IMG/VR virus record: IMGVR_UViG_3300046474_000470
Span: 1-64,000 of that record
DNA length: 64,000 nucleotides
Direction: 5' to 3' (one strand)
Origin: a virus
The notes below the pieces were generated by a model, which worked only from the letters and a program-made list of their open reading frames with translations, was not told the DNA's origin and made no database searches. Positions 28,245 through 37,925 of this stretch are shown here, piece by piece; positions within the stretch are counted from its first letter, which is position 1, and each line of letters opens with the position of its first letter. The position numbers were made by a program, and so were the translations under genes.

Positions 28245-28792
28245 GCTGCACCATCCAGCAGGCCGTAGTGCAGCTGCAGCACCGCGGCGTCGAGGAAGCC
28301 GCTGTTGTCGATCTCGATGTCGCCCTCGACAACCGCGATGCCGGCTTCAGACGCGTGGCCGGCGTTGGCGCCCAGATCGGCGGCGCGGCCGGTGACGTGC
28401 AGCACCTTGCCGCCTAGGCGCCGGATCATCGCCGCCTCGTTCTCGAAGCGCACGTCCGACAGGACGAAGCGCGGGCCGGTGCCGGGCAGCGAGTACAGCG
28501 CTGCTTCGCGGGCGATGCGCTGCTCGACCACCTTGGTCCAGATCTCGGCATCCAGTGCGCGGCCCCACTCGGTGCCCAGCTTCTGCGCGGCTTCGCGCCA
28601 GGTAAAGTCGAAGCCCGGTACCGGCATCTCCTTCAGTTCGCGCGAAGCCGGCTCCGGCATGCCGGCGGCCGCCAGCATCGCCTTCAGCGGGCCGGCAAAC
28701 GACAGCTTGGTAAAGCCGTGCTCACGCACGAGGTAATCGGCAAGTGTGTCCTTGCCTGCGCCGGCCTTGCCGGTCATCCCTGCTAAAATCAT
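28241..28792 (-). CDS. Deoxynucleoside monophosphate kinase
   Basis: GKAGAGKDT, SFAGPLK, QKLGTEWGR, DVRFENE and HASE. Confidence 0.9.
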   Translation of the reverse strand: MILAGMTGKAGAGKDTLADYLVREHGFTKLSFAGPLKAMLAAAGMPEPASRELKEMPVPGFDFTWREAAQKLGTEWGRALDAEIWTKVVEQRIAREAALYSLPGTGPRFVLSDVRFENEAAMIRRLGGKVLHVTGRAADLGANAGHASEAGIAVVEGDIEIDNSGFLDAAVLQLHYGLLDGAA

Positions 28793-29013
28793 TTGACTCC
28801 CCTATGGAACAGCCAGTTGAAGAACCGGCGGAAATAGTAGCCTCGCACGAGCGAGACGATTGTGAAGAACACGGTGATGGCGATGCTGTCCCGGGCCGAC
28901 GACTGCAGATGCCAGACCGGGTTGACGACGAAGTGCTGCAGCAGCGCGCTGATGATGAACGCGGCGCCGGTGCTGACCAGCACTTCGATCAAGGTGTGTC
29001 GACGGGTTTGCAT
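28789..29013 (-). CDS. Small membrane protein
   Basis: MQTRRHTLIEV...FFTIVSLVRGYYFRRFFN, a common phage 2-TM family. Confidence 0.7.
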   Translation of the reverse strand: MQTRRHTLIEVLVSTGAAFIISALLQHFVVNPVWHLQSSARDSIAITVFFTIVSLVRGYYFRRFFNWLFHRGVK

Positions 29014-30059
29014 ACGCCCTCTCTCTGCAGGTTTGCGGGCAGGGCCCGGTACTGATCCTCGAACCAGGCGCGGATCGATTCGAGCTTCTTCTGCGCCAGC
29101 GCATATGGGAACTGGGCGCCGGCGAACACGCAGTGCTTGAACTTCGTGGCGCTGATGATTTCAGGCACCAGCAAGTTGTGCCAGATCTGCAGCTTGCTGC
29201 GGTCGGTCATCGCAATGTCGTCGACGATCTCGATGCAGTCGCGATACACCTGCTCGGTGCGGCGCAGCAGCGGCAGATCCAGCGGCAGCAGCTTGAGCTG
29301 GGTGGCCAGCTCCGGGCAATGTCCGCCCAAGGTCAGGATGCGCAGCGCCTGCAAGGCGTAGTCCATGCCCTGGAACTCGGCGATGCGCCGGCGATGCACG
29401 TTCAGCACCGAGCGCAGCATCGCCAGCTGGTCGAAGCGGCACTCGTAATCGGCCTCGCCGCGGCTGGTCTCCAGCATATCCTGCACCATGCCGGATACAC
29501 TTTCGTCCCACGGCGACTCGCAGGCCGGCCGGCCGTTCTTGACGCCGATGATCGAGCGGTCGGGCAGGATGACGTGGTAGTTGTCCTCGTCGCTGACGAC
29601 GTCCAGCACCGGCAGCGACTGGGCCGCGACGTGCGCGACCTCGATCGAGAACATGGCGCCGGCGGACATCTCGAGCCGGGCCGGGTAGCCGACTGGGACC
29701 GAGAAGAAGTAGGCGCGCTGGCCGAGCCGCACCTTGGGCATGCCCCAGCTGCAGTTGGCGAACGCGCCGCGCCGCATGGCGTTCGACGGCCGGTACCAGA
29801 GGTCGTCCAGCGTCTTGAGCCAGAAGCGGCGCAGCAGCGCCTCGTCGACCGGCGCCGGCGCATTCAGGTAATCGGACAGAGGCACGCCGCCCAAGGTTGC
29901 CTTGGTCGCCAGCGGCGGCGCCACCCACGGCAGATCCACCAGCTCGACCCGGCCCGGGTTGCGCTCCTCTTCCGAGAGGGGAGACGCGACAAAAGCGGCC
30001 GAAACCGCTTTTGCCAGGGCCCGGACCTGCGCTGGTGCGCTGATCAGGTGCGAGCTCAT
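28989..30059 (-). CDS. Hypothetical protein (356 aa)
   Basis: Phage-like codon usage, in operon; no recognised motif. Confidence 0.7.
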   Translation of the reverse strand: MSSHLISAPAQVRALAKAVSAAFVASPLSEEERNPGRVELVDLPWVAPPLATKATLGGVPLSDYLNAPAPVDEALLRRFWLKTLDDLWYRPSNAMRRGAFANCSWGMPKVRLGQRAYFFSVPVGYPARLEMSAGAMFSIEVAHVAAQSLPVLDVVSDEDNYHVILPDRSIIGVKNGRPACESPWDESVSGMVQDMLETSRGEADYECRFDQLAMLRSVLNVHRRRIAEFQGMDYALQALRILTLGGHCPELATQLKLLPLDLPLLRRTEQVYRDCIEIVDDIAMTDRSKLQIWHNLLVPEIISATKFKHCVFAGAQFPYALAQKKLESIRAWFEDQYRALPANLQREGVCKPVDTP

Positions 30060-30061
30060 GA

Positions 30062-30676
30062 TCAGCTATTCCGTGCGTCTTCGCCACCCTTGTCGGCGCG
30101 CGCCTCGGCGGCCACGTCACTATAGGCTTCCGGGTAGCGCTCCTGCAGCTTGGCGATGTTGTCACGCGCGATGTCGATCAGCTCGGCGCCAATCAGGTGG
30201 GACAGGTCGACCAGGGCGATCAGGATCTGGCGCACTTCGAAGATCAGGTCGACGTCGCTCGGCTCGCCGACCAGCTCGTCCTCGACACGCTGCGAGATGC
30301 GGCCGGCGGCGATCGTCAGGCGGCGCGAGACGCTGGCCAGATGGCCCTTCAGGCGGTCGCCGGTCGGCGGGTTGCCGGTAAGCGAGGTCGGCACGCGGCC
30401 GAACGCTTCGCCTTCTGGATCGAACTCGCGGGTGATGATCGGCAGGTACCACAGGACGTCGCCCGACTCTTCCTTCAGGTGGTCGCGCAGCGTGGTCTTG
30501 CCGTCCTTGTTCAGGTCGTCCAGCGACTTACCGTAGATGCAGATGCGCTTGATGATGGTGGCGATCTCGCCGGTCTCGGTGGCCACGCCCAAGGCGGCGT
30601 GCTCCATGCGAGCGAAGACGGTCGGCAGGGCTTTCTCGGTGCGTGCGGCGAGGGCAGGGTACTGTACGAAGTTCAT
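30062..30676 (-). CDS. mazG: MazG-like nucleotide pyrophosphohydrolase
   Basis: LGVATETGEI...KEESGDVLWY...NIAKLQERYP. Confidence 0.85.
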   Translation of the reverse strand: MNFVQYPALAARTEKALPTVFARMEHAALGVATETGEIATIIKRICIYGKSLDDLNKDGKTTLRDHLKEESGDVLWYLPIITREFDPEGEAFGRVPTSLTGNPPTGDRLKGHLASVSRRLTIAAGRISQRVEDELVGEPSDVDLIFEVRQILIALVDLSHLIGAELIDIARDNIAKLQERYPEAYSDVAAEARADKGGEDARNS

Positions 30677-30692
30677 GGTGTGGGTCCTTTTC

Positions 30693-31409
30693 TTATTTCA
30701 TCGTTTTGAGGGCTTTGTCGATCGAGGCCTTGAGATTCGCCTCGACACCTTCCTGCTTCCTGAACCACTGCAGGTATTCCTTGGGCGTATTCACCAGCAA
30801 CTCGCCGCGGTGCTTGCCGAACGTCCAGCGATGGATCGTCGTCTCCTGCGTGGCGTGGAAGTCGCGCAAGGTGCGCCGACCGGCGCGGCCGATCAGCTCG
30901 CGCAGCAGGCGATGCGTGGTGGCCACGTCGGCCATCGCGCGGTGCGCCTCGTTCGGCGGGAAGCCGAAGTGCTCGCGCAAGGTCGTCAGCTTGTGGTTGG
31001 CGACCTCGGTGCCGATCAGGCGCCGCGCATGGAACAGCGTGCAGACGGACGAGACGATGTTGCCGATGGCGTGCAGGCGCTTGACGTCGAAGCTGGCGTT
31101 GTGGGCGATCAGCACGATGTCGCGGCCGTCGAAGGCGCCATCCAGGTGGCCGGGTGTCGAGACGAACTCGGCCATCGTCGGCGCGCTGGCGACCATCTCG
31201 TCGGTGATGTTGTGCACGGCCATGGCGCCGGGCTCGATCGGGCACTCGGGGTCGATCAGCGACTGGATCTCGCGGATCGTGTCCAGCGTGTCCGGACAGA
31301 TCTCGCGGAAGGCGACCTCGCAGGCCGGGCCGGTCAGGCCAGTGGTTTCGGTATCGGCGATGACCCAGGCGATCTCGCGGACTTCTTCTTGTGGTTGTTG
31401 CATGTCCAA
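30693..31409 (-). CDS. DEDDh 3'-5' exonuclease (ExoX/DnaQ-like)
   Basis: DTETTG, AHNASFD, AHRAMADV; C-terminal FGKHRG domain. Confidence 0.9.
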   Translation of the reverse strand: MDMQQPQEEVREIAWVIADTETTGLTGPACEVAFREICPDTLDTIREIQSLIDPECPIEPGAMAVHNITDEMVASAPTMAEFVSTPGHLDGAFDGRDIVLIAHNASFDVKRLHAIGNIVSSVCTLFHARRLIGTEVANHKLTTLREHFGFPPNEAHRAMADVATTHRLLRELIGRAGRRTLRDFHATQETTIHRWTFGKHRGELLVNTPKEYLQWFRKQEGVEANLKASIDKALKTMK

Positions 31410-31425
31410 GTTGTGGCTCCTGTAG

Positions 31426-31453
31426 AAAAGGGACCTCCGAAGAGGTCCCTTTT
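31426..31453 (-). terminator. Rho-independent terminator with cUUCGg loop
   Basis: - strand AAAAGGGACCTC-TTCG-GAGGTCCCTTTT. Confidence 0.85.
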
Positions 31454-31471
31454 GGGTGGTGTGAAGGTCGC

Positions 31472-32263
31472 TTACGCGGCTTCGTAGCGGCTGAAGTCGG
31501 CCACGGTCCAGGACATGGTGCCCTTGGTCTGGACGTTGCAGTTGATACGCACGACCTGCGCACCTTCCGGAGCGATCATGCTCTTGCCGATCTTGAAGGC
31601 CTGGTCCATCTGGTAGCGCTTGAACGAGCCTTTCGAGGTCGGCGCCAGCGACAGCTGCACCAGCGTGTCCTGCAGTTCCGGCAGGGTCTTGCGGCCCTTG
31701 TCGCCCAGGTCGACCAGCGCGCCGGCGATCACCAGACGCTCGGAGATCTTGGCCTGGTCGAAGCCTGCGTCCTTCAGGGCCTGCAGGTGCGCCTTGACGT
31801 CTTCACCCTGCGTGGTGGTAACGCCGTCGTCCGAGTAGCGGACATGCTCTTTCGCCTCGTCGCCATCGACGCCCGGCGACACGACCCACTGATCCTGGAA
31901 CGACAGGATCTCGAGAGCGATGGAGTCGCCCAGCGCCTTGCCGGTCTGCTTGTCCATCACGTTGCCGTTGGTGATCACCAGGTTGCGCAGGGTGTCCCAC
32001 TCGACGCGGAAGGCATCCTTCAGCAGTTCCAGCGGGTTGACCATCGGCGCCGAACGGGCCACCTGCGAGCCGGCCGGAACTGCGACGGCGGTGCCGGGCG
32101 ACTTGGCTTCTTCAGCCGGCTTGGTGGCGGCATGGGCTGCAGCAGCGGCGGCCAGACGCGCCTGAGCCTGCGCCTTGACGTCGACCGTGGTTTCGACGCC
32201 GACGTTCTCGCCGTCCGGAGCTTCGAAAGACGGAGTGGTGTTGGTGTTTTTGTTCAGTGCCAT
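31472..32263 (-). CDS. Putative ssDNA-binding/replication protein
   Basis: Has its own strong promoter, GAGGT RBS and terminator, and sits between primase and exonuclease. Function is inferred from context only. Confidence 0.5.
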   Translation of the reverse strand: MALNKNTNTTPSFEAPDGENVGVETTVDVKAQAQARLAAAAAAHAATKPAEEAKSPGTAVAVPAGSQVARSAPMVNPLELLKDAFRVEWDTLRNLVITNGNVMDKQTGKALGDSIALEILSFQDQWVVSPGVDGDEAKEHVRYSDDGVTTTQGEDVKAHLQALKDAGFDQAKISERLVIAGALVDLGDKGRKTLPELQDTLVQLSLAPTSKGSFKRYQMDQAFKIGKSMIAPEGAQVVRINCNVQTKGTMSWTVADFSRYEAA

Positions 32264-32332
32264 TTTCATTACCTCTATCAGATTTAAGTGGTGCCGAGCC
32301 ATTTATATCCCCGCTCGGCTTGGGGAGAAATC

Positions 32333-32361
32333 AGTATGGCAAACTTTTTTCCGCGTGTCAA
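32333..32361 (-). promoter_or_regulatory. Strong sigma70 promoter TTGACA-N17-CATACT with TGn
   Basis: - strand TTGACAcgcggaaaaaagtttgcCATACT. Confidence 0.8.
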
Positions 32362-35295
32362 TTATTCTTTGAAGACATCCACGCCAAGCCGCGCGAGTTC
32401 GTCAGCATCGAAGATGAACACGCCCGGCACCTGCAGCTTGTCGCCGGTGCCGCGCTTGACGAAGGCCGAGCAGTCCTGGATCGAGTGCGCGAAGGATTCG
32501 AAACCGCCGAACAGCGCCTCCTGCCCCGTCGCGCGGCAGTGCATCCGGTACCGCTGGTACGCCGGCCGCACGGCGATCTCGATGCAGGGCTTGCTGCCGA
32601 GGGTGGTGAATGCGTATTCGAAGTTCTTCCGGATCGCGTCCGCCCGTTCGGCCTCGATGTGGTGGCTCATGCTGCTGATCTCGGACAGGACCTTGATATA
32701 CTCCGGCGTGGTCGCCGCCTGCAGGTCGCCCAGGCGGGAGAACACACCCTGCTCCATCTCGGCCATCAGGCCGTCGAGCTCGGGGCCGATCGCCTCGTTC
32801 ACGAGGTTGCGCAGCTGGCGGAACCCGAAGCGCGCCACGGTGTGGTTGTAGACCGGGCGCTCCTTGGTATTCTGCTTGTCCTTCAGCACCTCGGCATCGA
32901 CGCCGCCCTTCAGGTCCTCCTCGGACAGCATGAACTGGCGCTTCGCCTCGGCATACAGCGCGTCGAACTCCTCGACGAAACTGCTGGCCACGCCACCCTC
33001 GATGATGCTCATGGCGAGGTACTGGCCCAGGATGCCGAGCAGGTGCTTGTGGCGCCAGAACTCCTGCCAGTGCGCGTGGTTCTTCAGGTGCTGGCTCTGG
33101 GGAGGGCGGGCCAGCGTCACCAGCACCACACGCTCCATCACCGCAGCCTCCTCTTCAGCAGCCTCGGCGATGAACGCCATCGGCGCGGCCATCTGCGAGA
33201 ACTGCAGCACGCGATAGTCGTCGCTCTCGCGGGAGCCGCCGCCGCGCGCCTGGTCACGCTGGTTGTAGACGTCGCGCAGCAGGCCCTTGAGCGCGTCGAG
33301 GCGCACCTTCTGCATCACATGCGGCTTGTACTCGTCAAGCACCAGCGGGATCGACGACGACGCCATCAGGTGCTGCAGCAGCGCGAAGTTGGTCGAGCCG
33401 GGCGAGAGCGGGCGCGGCTCGCCCTTCCAGTAGAACATCGAGCCGATGCCCAGCTGGATCTCGGTCTTGCCCAGGCCGGCCGGGCCGTTGACGTGCAGCA
33501 GCGGGAACTTGCCGTAGTGCTTCTGGAACAGCTGCTTCCAGAAGCAGGCCGTGTACCAGCCCAACAGCTTGCCCAGGACTTCAGGGCGCTGGCAGGAGAA
33601 CAGGTGGCGCAAGGTGTCGGTCAGCAGCTCCTTGTTGCCCGGCTCGCCCAGCCAGCTGGCCAGCGCCGGCGCGTTCGAGATGTCGGTCTTGAACACGCCG
33701 CGCGGATCCGGATAGCCGGCGAACTTGATCTTCAGGCCGGTCTCCTCGATGCGCGGCTCGAGCCGCACGCCGTGGCCGTCGGCCCAGACCATGAACGGCT
33801 CGCGCAGCAGCGGGTTTTCGTGGTGCGGAATCGTGATCATGTCGAGGCCCTCGCGGTCTACGACATAGCTGATATTCCCTTTCTTCTTGGCTTGTTCGAC
33901 AAAGCGCATCATTACCGTCCTTACTTCGGCGTCCGTCCCTTGGAAGGCGTGACCATATTTCGACACGAAGCGGTTGAAGGGCACCAGGCCGCTGAACATG
34001 TCGCTCTCCAGCGTAATGTTGCCCACCTGCTTGCCATTGACCAGCACCACCGCGTCGTAGCCGATGATCTGGTCGCTCTCGCTCGACATCAGAATCGAGG
34101 CGGCGTCGAACGACACCGCGCAAATCCGCTTCTTGCCGTGCTCCGTGTCCTTGTAGACGCCGTACTTCGACAGCGTCACGCCCTTGGCGACATCGGCATA
34201 CTCGTCCTGCTGCAGCTCGGGGTCATCCAGCTGCGTCATCGCGTTGTCGATCTCGTCCTTGATCTCTTCCTTCGTGGCACGGATGCCGTCAAGGTCCGGC
34301 GCCGGGTGGCACAGCAGCGACTTGATGGCGCCGACCGAGAATTCGTAGCAGGCGTTGCCGTCCATGTAGCGGTGCATCCGGCGCAACTCGTCGGCGCGCT
34401 TTTGCGGCGTGCCGTAGCGGCTGCCGTCGCCCTGGTGGTTTTCGATCAGGCCCTGGCACTCAACGATGAAGCGCTCCTCCGACAGGCCGGCGGCCACCGC
34501 GGCGATCGCCAGCTGGGTCGAGATCTGCTGGAAGCCGATGTTGGCCTTGAAGCCCAGGCCGGCCATCATCCAGCGGATCGATTCGCAGCCAGCCTTCTCG
34601 CGCACGGCAGGGTCCGGCTTGAAGCGTGCGCGTTTCTTGAGCAGCTCGTCGACCTTCTGGGCCGCCTTGGAGAACTCGATCGAGAGCTTCACACAGAACT
34701 GGGCCGGCTTGACCGGGACCGGGTCGCGCGGCGCCGACGACAGGGCGACCGCAAGTTCGGGCGTCATGTCGCGCATCTCCTGCACCGTGATCGGCACCTT
34801 GTAGCGACCGTTGGAGCGCTGCACGTTCGGTTGGCGCCACATGCGGCCGCGCCCGGAGGAGTAGATGCGCAAGTCGAGGGTCGTGACCGACAGCTCCAGC
34901 GCGATCTCGCGGTAGATCATCGGCAGGCCGATCACCGGCTTGACCTTCTCCATGAAGACCGCCTGTGGCACTTCGATGTGAAAACCCCGTCCGCCGGTGG
35001 TGAACAGGCGACACATCTCGAGGTCGACGCCGAGCTCGACCAGCTTGTCGAGGAACTCGTTGACCTTCTCGATCACCAGCTGCTCGTCATCCGAGTCGAA
35101 GTCAAAATACAGCGGGCCATCATAGGCCAGCTTCAGCTTTTCCTCGAACGGCAGGTCGTCGACCAGCTTGGAGACCGACAGCACGGTCATGAGCATCGGC
35201 TTGAGGTCAGCGATGATCTGGTCGCGGTGCGAAACCGGAGTAGGCTGCCAGTATTCCTCGCCGCCCTGAATTTGGTAGTAGTGGAATCCGCTCAT
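32362..35295 (-). CDS. AEP-type primase fused to a P-loop helicase domain
   Basis: YFDFD and GGRGFHI (AEP motifs); GPAGLGKT Walker A; LVLDEY Walker B. Confidence 0.82.
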   Translation of the reverse strand: MSGFHYYQIQGGEEYWQPTPVSHRDQIIADLKPMLMTVLSVSKLVDDLPFEEKLKLAYDGPLYFDFDSDDEQLVIEKVNEFLDKLVELGVDLEMCRLFTTGGRGFHIEVPQAVFMEKVKPVIGLPMIYREIALELSVTTLDLRIYSSGRGRMWRQPNVQRSNGRYKVPITVQEMRDMTPELAVALSSAPRDPVPVKPAQFCVKLSIEFSKAAQKVDELLKKRARFKPDPAVREKAGCESIRWMMAGLGFKANIGFQQISTQLAIAAVAAGLSEERFIVECQGLIENHQGDGSRYGTPQKRADELRRMHRYMDGNACYEFSVGAIKSLLCHPAPDLDGIRATKEEIKDEIDNAMTQLDDPELQQDEYADVAKGVTLSKYGVYKDTEHGKKRICAVSFDAASILMSSESDQIIGYDAVVLVNGKQVGNITLESDMFSGLVPFNRFVSKYGHAFQGTDAEVRTVMMRFVEQAKKKGNISYVVDREGLDMITIPHHENPLLREPFMVWADGHGVRLEPRIEETGLKIKFAGYPDPRGVFKTDISNAPALASWLGEPGNKELLTDTLRHLFSCQRPEVLGKLLGWYTACFWKQLFQKHYGKFPLLHVNGPAGLGKTEIQLGIGSMFYWKGEPRPLSPGSTNFALLQHLMASSSIPLVLDEYKPHVMQKVRLDALKGLLRDVYNQRDQARGGGSRESDDYRVLQFSQMAAPMAFIAEAAEEEAAVMERVVLVTLARPPQSQHLKNHAHWQEFWRHKHLLGILGQYLAMSIIEGGVASSFVEEFDALYAEAKRQFMLSEEDLKGGVDAEVLKDKQNTKERPVYNHTVARFGFRQLRNLVNEAIGPELDGLMAEMEQGVFSRLGDLQAATTPEYIKVLSEISSMSHHIEAERADAIRKNFEYAFTTLGSKPCIEIAVRPAYQRYRMHCRATGQEALFGGFESFAHSIQDCSAFVKRGTGDKLQVPGVFIFDADELARLGVDVFKE

Positions 35296-35302
35296 GCCGG
35301 CC

Positions 35303-35791
35303 TCACAGTTCAACGTCGGGCCAGAGGGCGCGGAACTCCTTCACGGGTGTCAAGTGGTGCGCACCCACCTCGCTACCGGCCGATCGGACCAGCATCGGCA
35401 AGGTGGTGTGCCAGGAACCCATCGGGTTGTCGAACACGATGGGGGCGTGGCGCACTTCGGCGAAGGCCGGCAGCCAGGCATAGACGTCAGGCAGGACTTC
35501 GCGCGGGTGGGCGCTGACCTTGATGACGGTGCTGGTGGTGTTGCTGGAAAGGATCACGGTCAGGCCGGCGGTGAAGGAAGCTTCGATGCCGGTGACGCGG
35601 TAAATGCTGAGAATCTGAGGGCCGGTCTTGGTCAGACGCCAGGCGACGAAAGCGCGTTGCTCGCCGACCACAAACAGCACCGGCTTGCGGTCGCTGTGCT
35701 TCCAGTTCGGGTCGCCTCCCATGCGGGCGTCGAGCCACTGGGCTTGCAGACTGAGGCGTTCAGCTCTGCTGAGCACACCTGTGTTGTGCAT
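35303..35791 (-). CDS. Hypothetical protein
   Basis: AAGGA RBS; 162 aa. Confidence 0.65.
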   Translation of the reverse strand: MHNTGVLSRAERLSLQAQWLDARMGGDPNWKHSDRKPVLFVVGEQRAFVAWRLTKTGPQILSIYRVTGIEASFTAGLTVILSSNTTSTVIKVSAHPREVLPDVYAWLPAFAEVRHAPIVFDNPMGSWHTTLPMLVRSAGSEVGAHHLTPVKEFRALWPDVEL

Positions 35792-35845
35792 TTTGTAATC
35801 CTTTATTGGTGAACTGCAATTTGAACGGAGAATTCTACAGCGAAT

Positions 35846-35858
35846 TTCCTACAGGCAA
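35846..35858. promoter_or_regulatory. Pseudo-palindromic site TTCCTACAGGCAA
   Basis: Reverse complement TTGCCTGTAGGAA matches 219-231 with one difference and is also followed by N8-TAGA. Confidence 0.5.
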
Positions 35859-37291
35859 AGTAAATCTTTGATGCCCTGCTTCGAGCCGGCTGCCCGGTTG
35901 ACCAGCTCGTCGTTGTTTTGCAGGCTCTTGAGCAGCTTTTCCTGGATCGTGCCGCGCGCGATCAGGAGCCTGTTGTTGGGCGGGTAGCGCTGGCCTTTCC
36001 GGTCGATCCGGCCGGTCGACTGGATGAACGGGATGGTCGTGGTCGGGATCTGGATGAACGCCGCCTCCCAGCACATGTACTGCGGGTTCAGGCCGGCGCC
36101 GGCGCTGCCCGGCTGCGCCGTCAGGCACACCGTGTCCGGATCCTCCATGAACTGCTTGATCGACTTCTTCGAATCGACCTCGGAGAACGCCATCACGCCG
36201 CGCTTGCCAATTTTCGCAAGTCGGGCATCCATGTGTTCGCCGATCAGCCGGGATACGCTGCGGTGCGTGGTCCAGAGGATCAGCTTGCTGGCCGGCCGCG
36301 CCACGCCGTCGATCAGCGTGGTGCCGCCCAGGTCGATCTCGTCGGCGATCTCGTCGACCAGGTCGAACACCGCGGAGCGTTTCGTCGGGTCGCCGGCGAA
36401 GTAGCCGAAGTCCAGTACGATCTGCTGCGCGGCGTGATATAGCCTCGTCGCCGTGGTGGCGTCGATCTTGCCGCCGTCGTCCAGCAGCAGCAGCTGCTCC
36501 TCCATCAGGCGCTTGTACAGCGCCATGTGCTCCTTCGACAGGTCGTAGTAGATCGGGATGACGCGGCCCTTCGGCAGCGCCGAATGCACCTCCTCCTTCG
36601 TGCGGTGGATGCGCCGCAGGTTCAAGTTCGCCTGCAGCAGGTCGAGGTTGTGCCACTCGGTCGGCTGCTTGAAGATATCGCGCTCCTTGACGTGGATGTT
36701 CTCGAACTGGGTATAGGTCGAGTAGACGTCCGGCGAATTGAGCTTGATGTAGGCGTAGTGGTCGCCCACCTTGCTGGCGATCGTGCCCGACATCAGCAGC
36801 AGGTCGCGCGACATCGAGAAGCTGCGTACGTGCTTGAACAGCACGCCGCGGCCCTTCAGGTTCTGGCATTCGTCGACCACGGTGAACACGTTGGCGTGTG
36901 CCATCTCCTTCGACAGCCGCTGGATGTCATTGTTGAAAAGCTGGTAGCTGGTCACCAGCCACTGCGCGCCGTCCAGATCCAGCTGGGCGCGCACTTTCGG
37001 CGAGCCGGTGTAGTCGACGACGCGGCCGGCGCCCGGAATGCTCTCCAGCCAGGCCACCCACTGGGCGACCAGGATGGGCGGCACCAGGATCACGTTGATG
37101 TCGTTCTGCAGCATCAGGGCGACGGCCGTGGCGATCACGGTCTTGCCGTAGCCGACAGGAAGGTCGGCCAGCGCGCGGCGCCAAACTGCGGCGCGCACGA
37201 TGTCTTCCTTCTGCAGCTGCTCCAGCACCATCACGCCGCCCATCGGGTGGGGGAACGGGTAGGTCTCGATGACCTGTTCGAGCGTCAGCAT
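35849..37291 (-). CDS. SF2 (SNF2-like) helicase
   Basis: VGYGKT, VDECQ, MSGT, GAGLN and QSTGRIDRKGQ. Confidence 0.9.
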   Translation of the reverse strand: MLTLEQVIETYPFPHPMGGVMVLEQLQKEDIVRAAVWRRALADLPVGYGKTVIATAVALMLQNDINVILVPPILVAQWVAWLESIPGAGRVVDYTGSPKVRAQLDLDGAQWLVTSYQLFNNDIQRLSKEMAHANVFTVVDECQNLKGRGVLFKHVRSFSMSRDLLLMSGTIASKVGDHYAYIKLNSPDVYSTYTQFENIHVKERDIFKQPTEWHNLDLLQANLNLRRIHRTKEEVHSALPKGRVIPIYYDLSKEHMALYKRLMEEQLLLLDDGGKIDATTATRLYHAAQQIVLDFGYFAGDPTKRSAVFDLVDEIADEIDLGGTTLIDGVARPASKLILWTTHRSVSRLIGEHMDARLAKIGKRGVMAFSEVDSKKSIKQFMEDPDTVCLTAQPGSAGAGLNPQYMCWEAAFIQIPTTTIPFIQSTGRIDRKGQRYPPNNRLLIARGTIQEKLLKSLQNNDELVNRAAGSKQGIKDLLCL

Positions 37292-37728
37292 CGCAACCTC
37301 CTTCCGGCCAGCAGCTTGAGCAGCGGGTAGGCCTGCTCAAGTCCCGACCCTACCGGCCAGTCCGGCAGCCGATCGTAGAACTGCTGCAGCGTCAGGATGC
37401 CGGCCACGTCGATCAGCGGCTCGCCGCCGAGCAGCGCGCGCCCGGCCTGCACCGTGATGAGCGTGTACAGGCCGTTCTCGGTGGCGCTGTAGGAATGCGG
37501 CGGCCGATCCATCTCCATCGACAGCCACAGCAGGTTGGCGGCGCCCGGGCTGTCATGCGCCGCAAGGCCGAAACCCTGCGGCGCACCGTCGCTCGGCCTG
37601 GACCAGACCCAGCTGCGCGGGTTGCGCATCCAGAAGGGACTTCCAAGGTGTGCGCAGAGCGCGCGCACCTTGTCCATCTCCGGGCTGTGATCTGGCTCAG
37701 GCTTGTTCTGGAAGAACAGCGGCATCAT
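37285..37728 (-). CDS. Hypothetical protein
   Basis: Coupled ORF. Confidence 0.6.
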   Translation of the reverse strand: MMPLFFQNKPEPDHSPEMDKVRALCAHLGSPFWMRNPRSWVWSRPSDGAPQGFGLAAHDSPGAANLLWLSMEMDRPPHSYSATENGLYTLITVQAGRALLGGEPLIDVAGILTLQQFYDRLPDWPVGSGLEQAYPLLKLLAGRRLRC

Positions 37729-37925
37729 GCGACGGCGCGCTCGAGCGCAGGGTTGCGCGCCGGCAGCGGGTGCCAGCCCATGTAGCGCCGGTTGCTGCCG
37801 GTGGCGGGACCTTTCCAGGGCCCCACCGTGACAGTGCCGTCGCGCTCCAGCAGCAGCACGCGCTCGTTCAACGGTGCCGGGTTGACGTAATCGAACTGCA
37901 GATCGTTGCGGGTGTGGTTTCTCAT
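37725..37925 (-). CDS. Small DUF551-like protein
   Basis: PAPLNERVLL...GWHPLP motif. Confidence 0.6.
   Translation of the reverse strand: MRNHTRNDLQFDYVNPAPLNERVLLLERDGTVTVGPWKGPATGSNRRYMGWHPLPARNPALERAVA

Noticed and set aside
29161-30165. 334-aa same-strand alternative-frame ORF as another overprinted gene
   Set aside because: Arg/Ala/Gly low-complexity product with no motif or SD, unlike the MTase beta ORF.
32257-35517. 1086-aa + strand ORF
   Set aside because: Antisense shadow of the primase-helicase, expected in high-GC coding DNA; no motifs or RBS.
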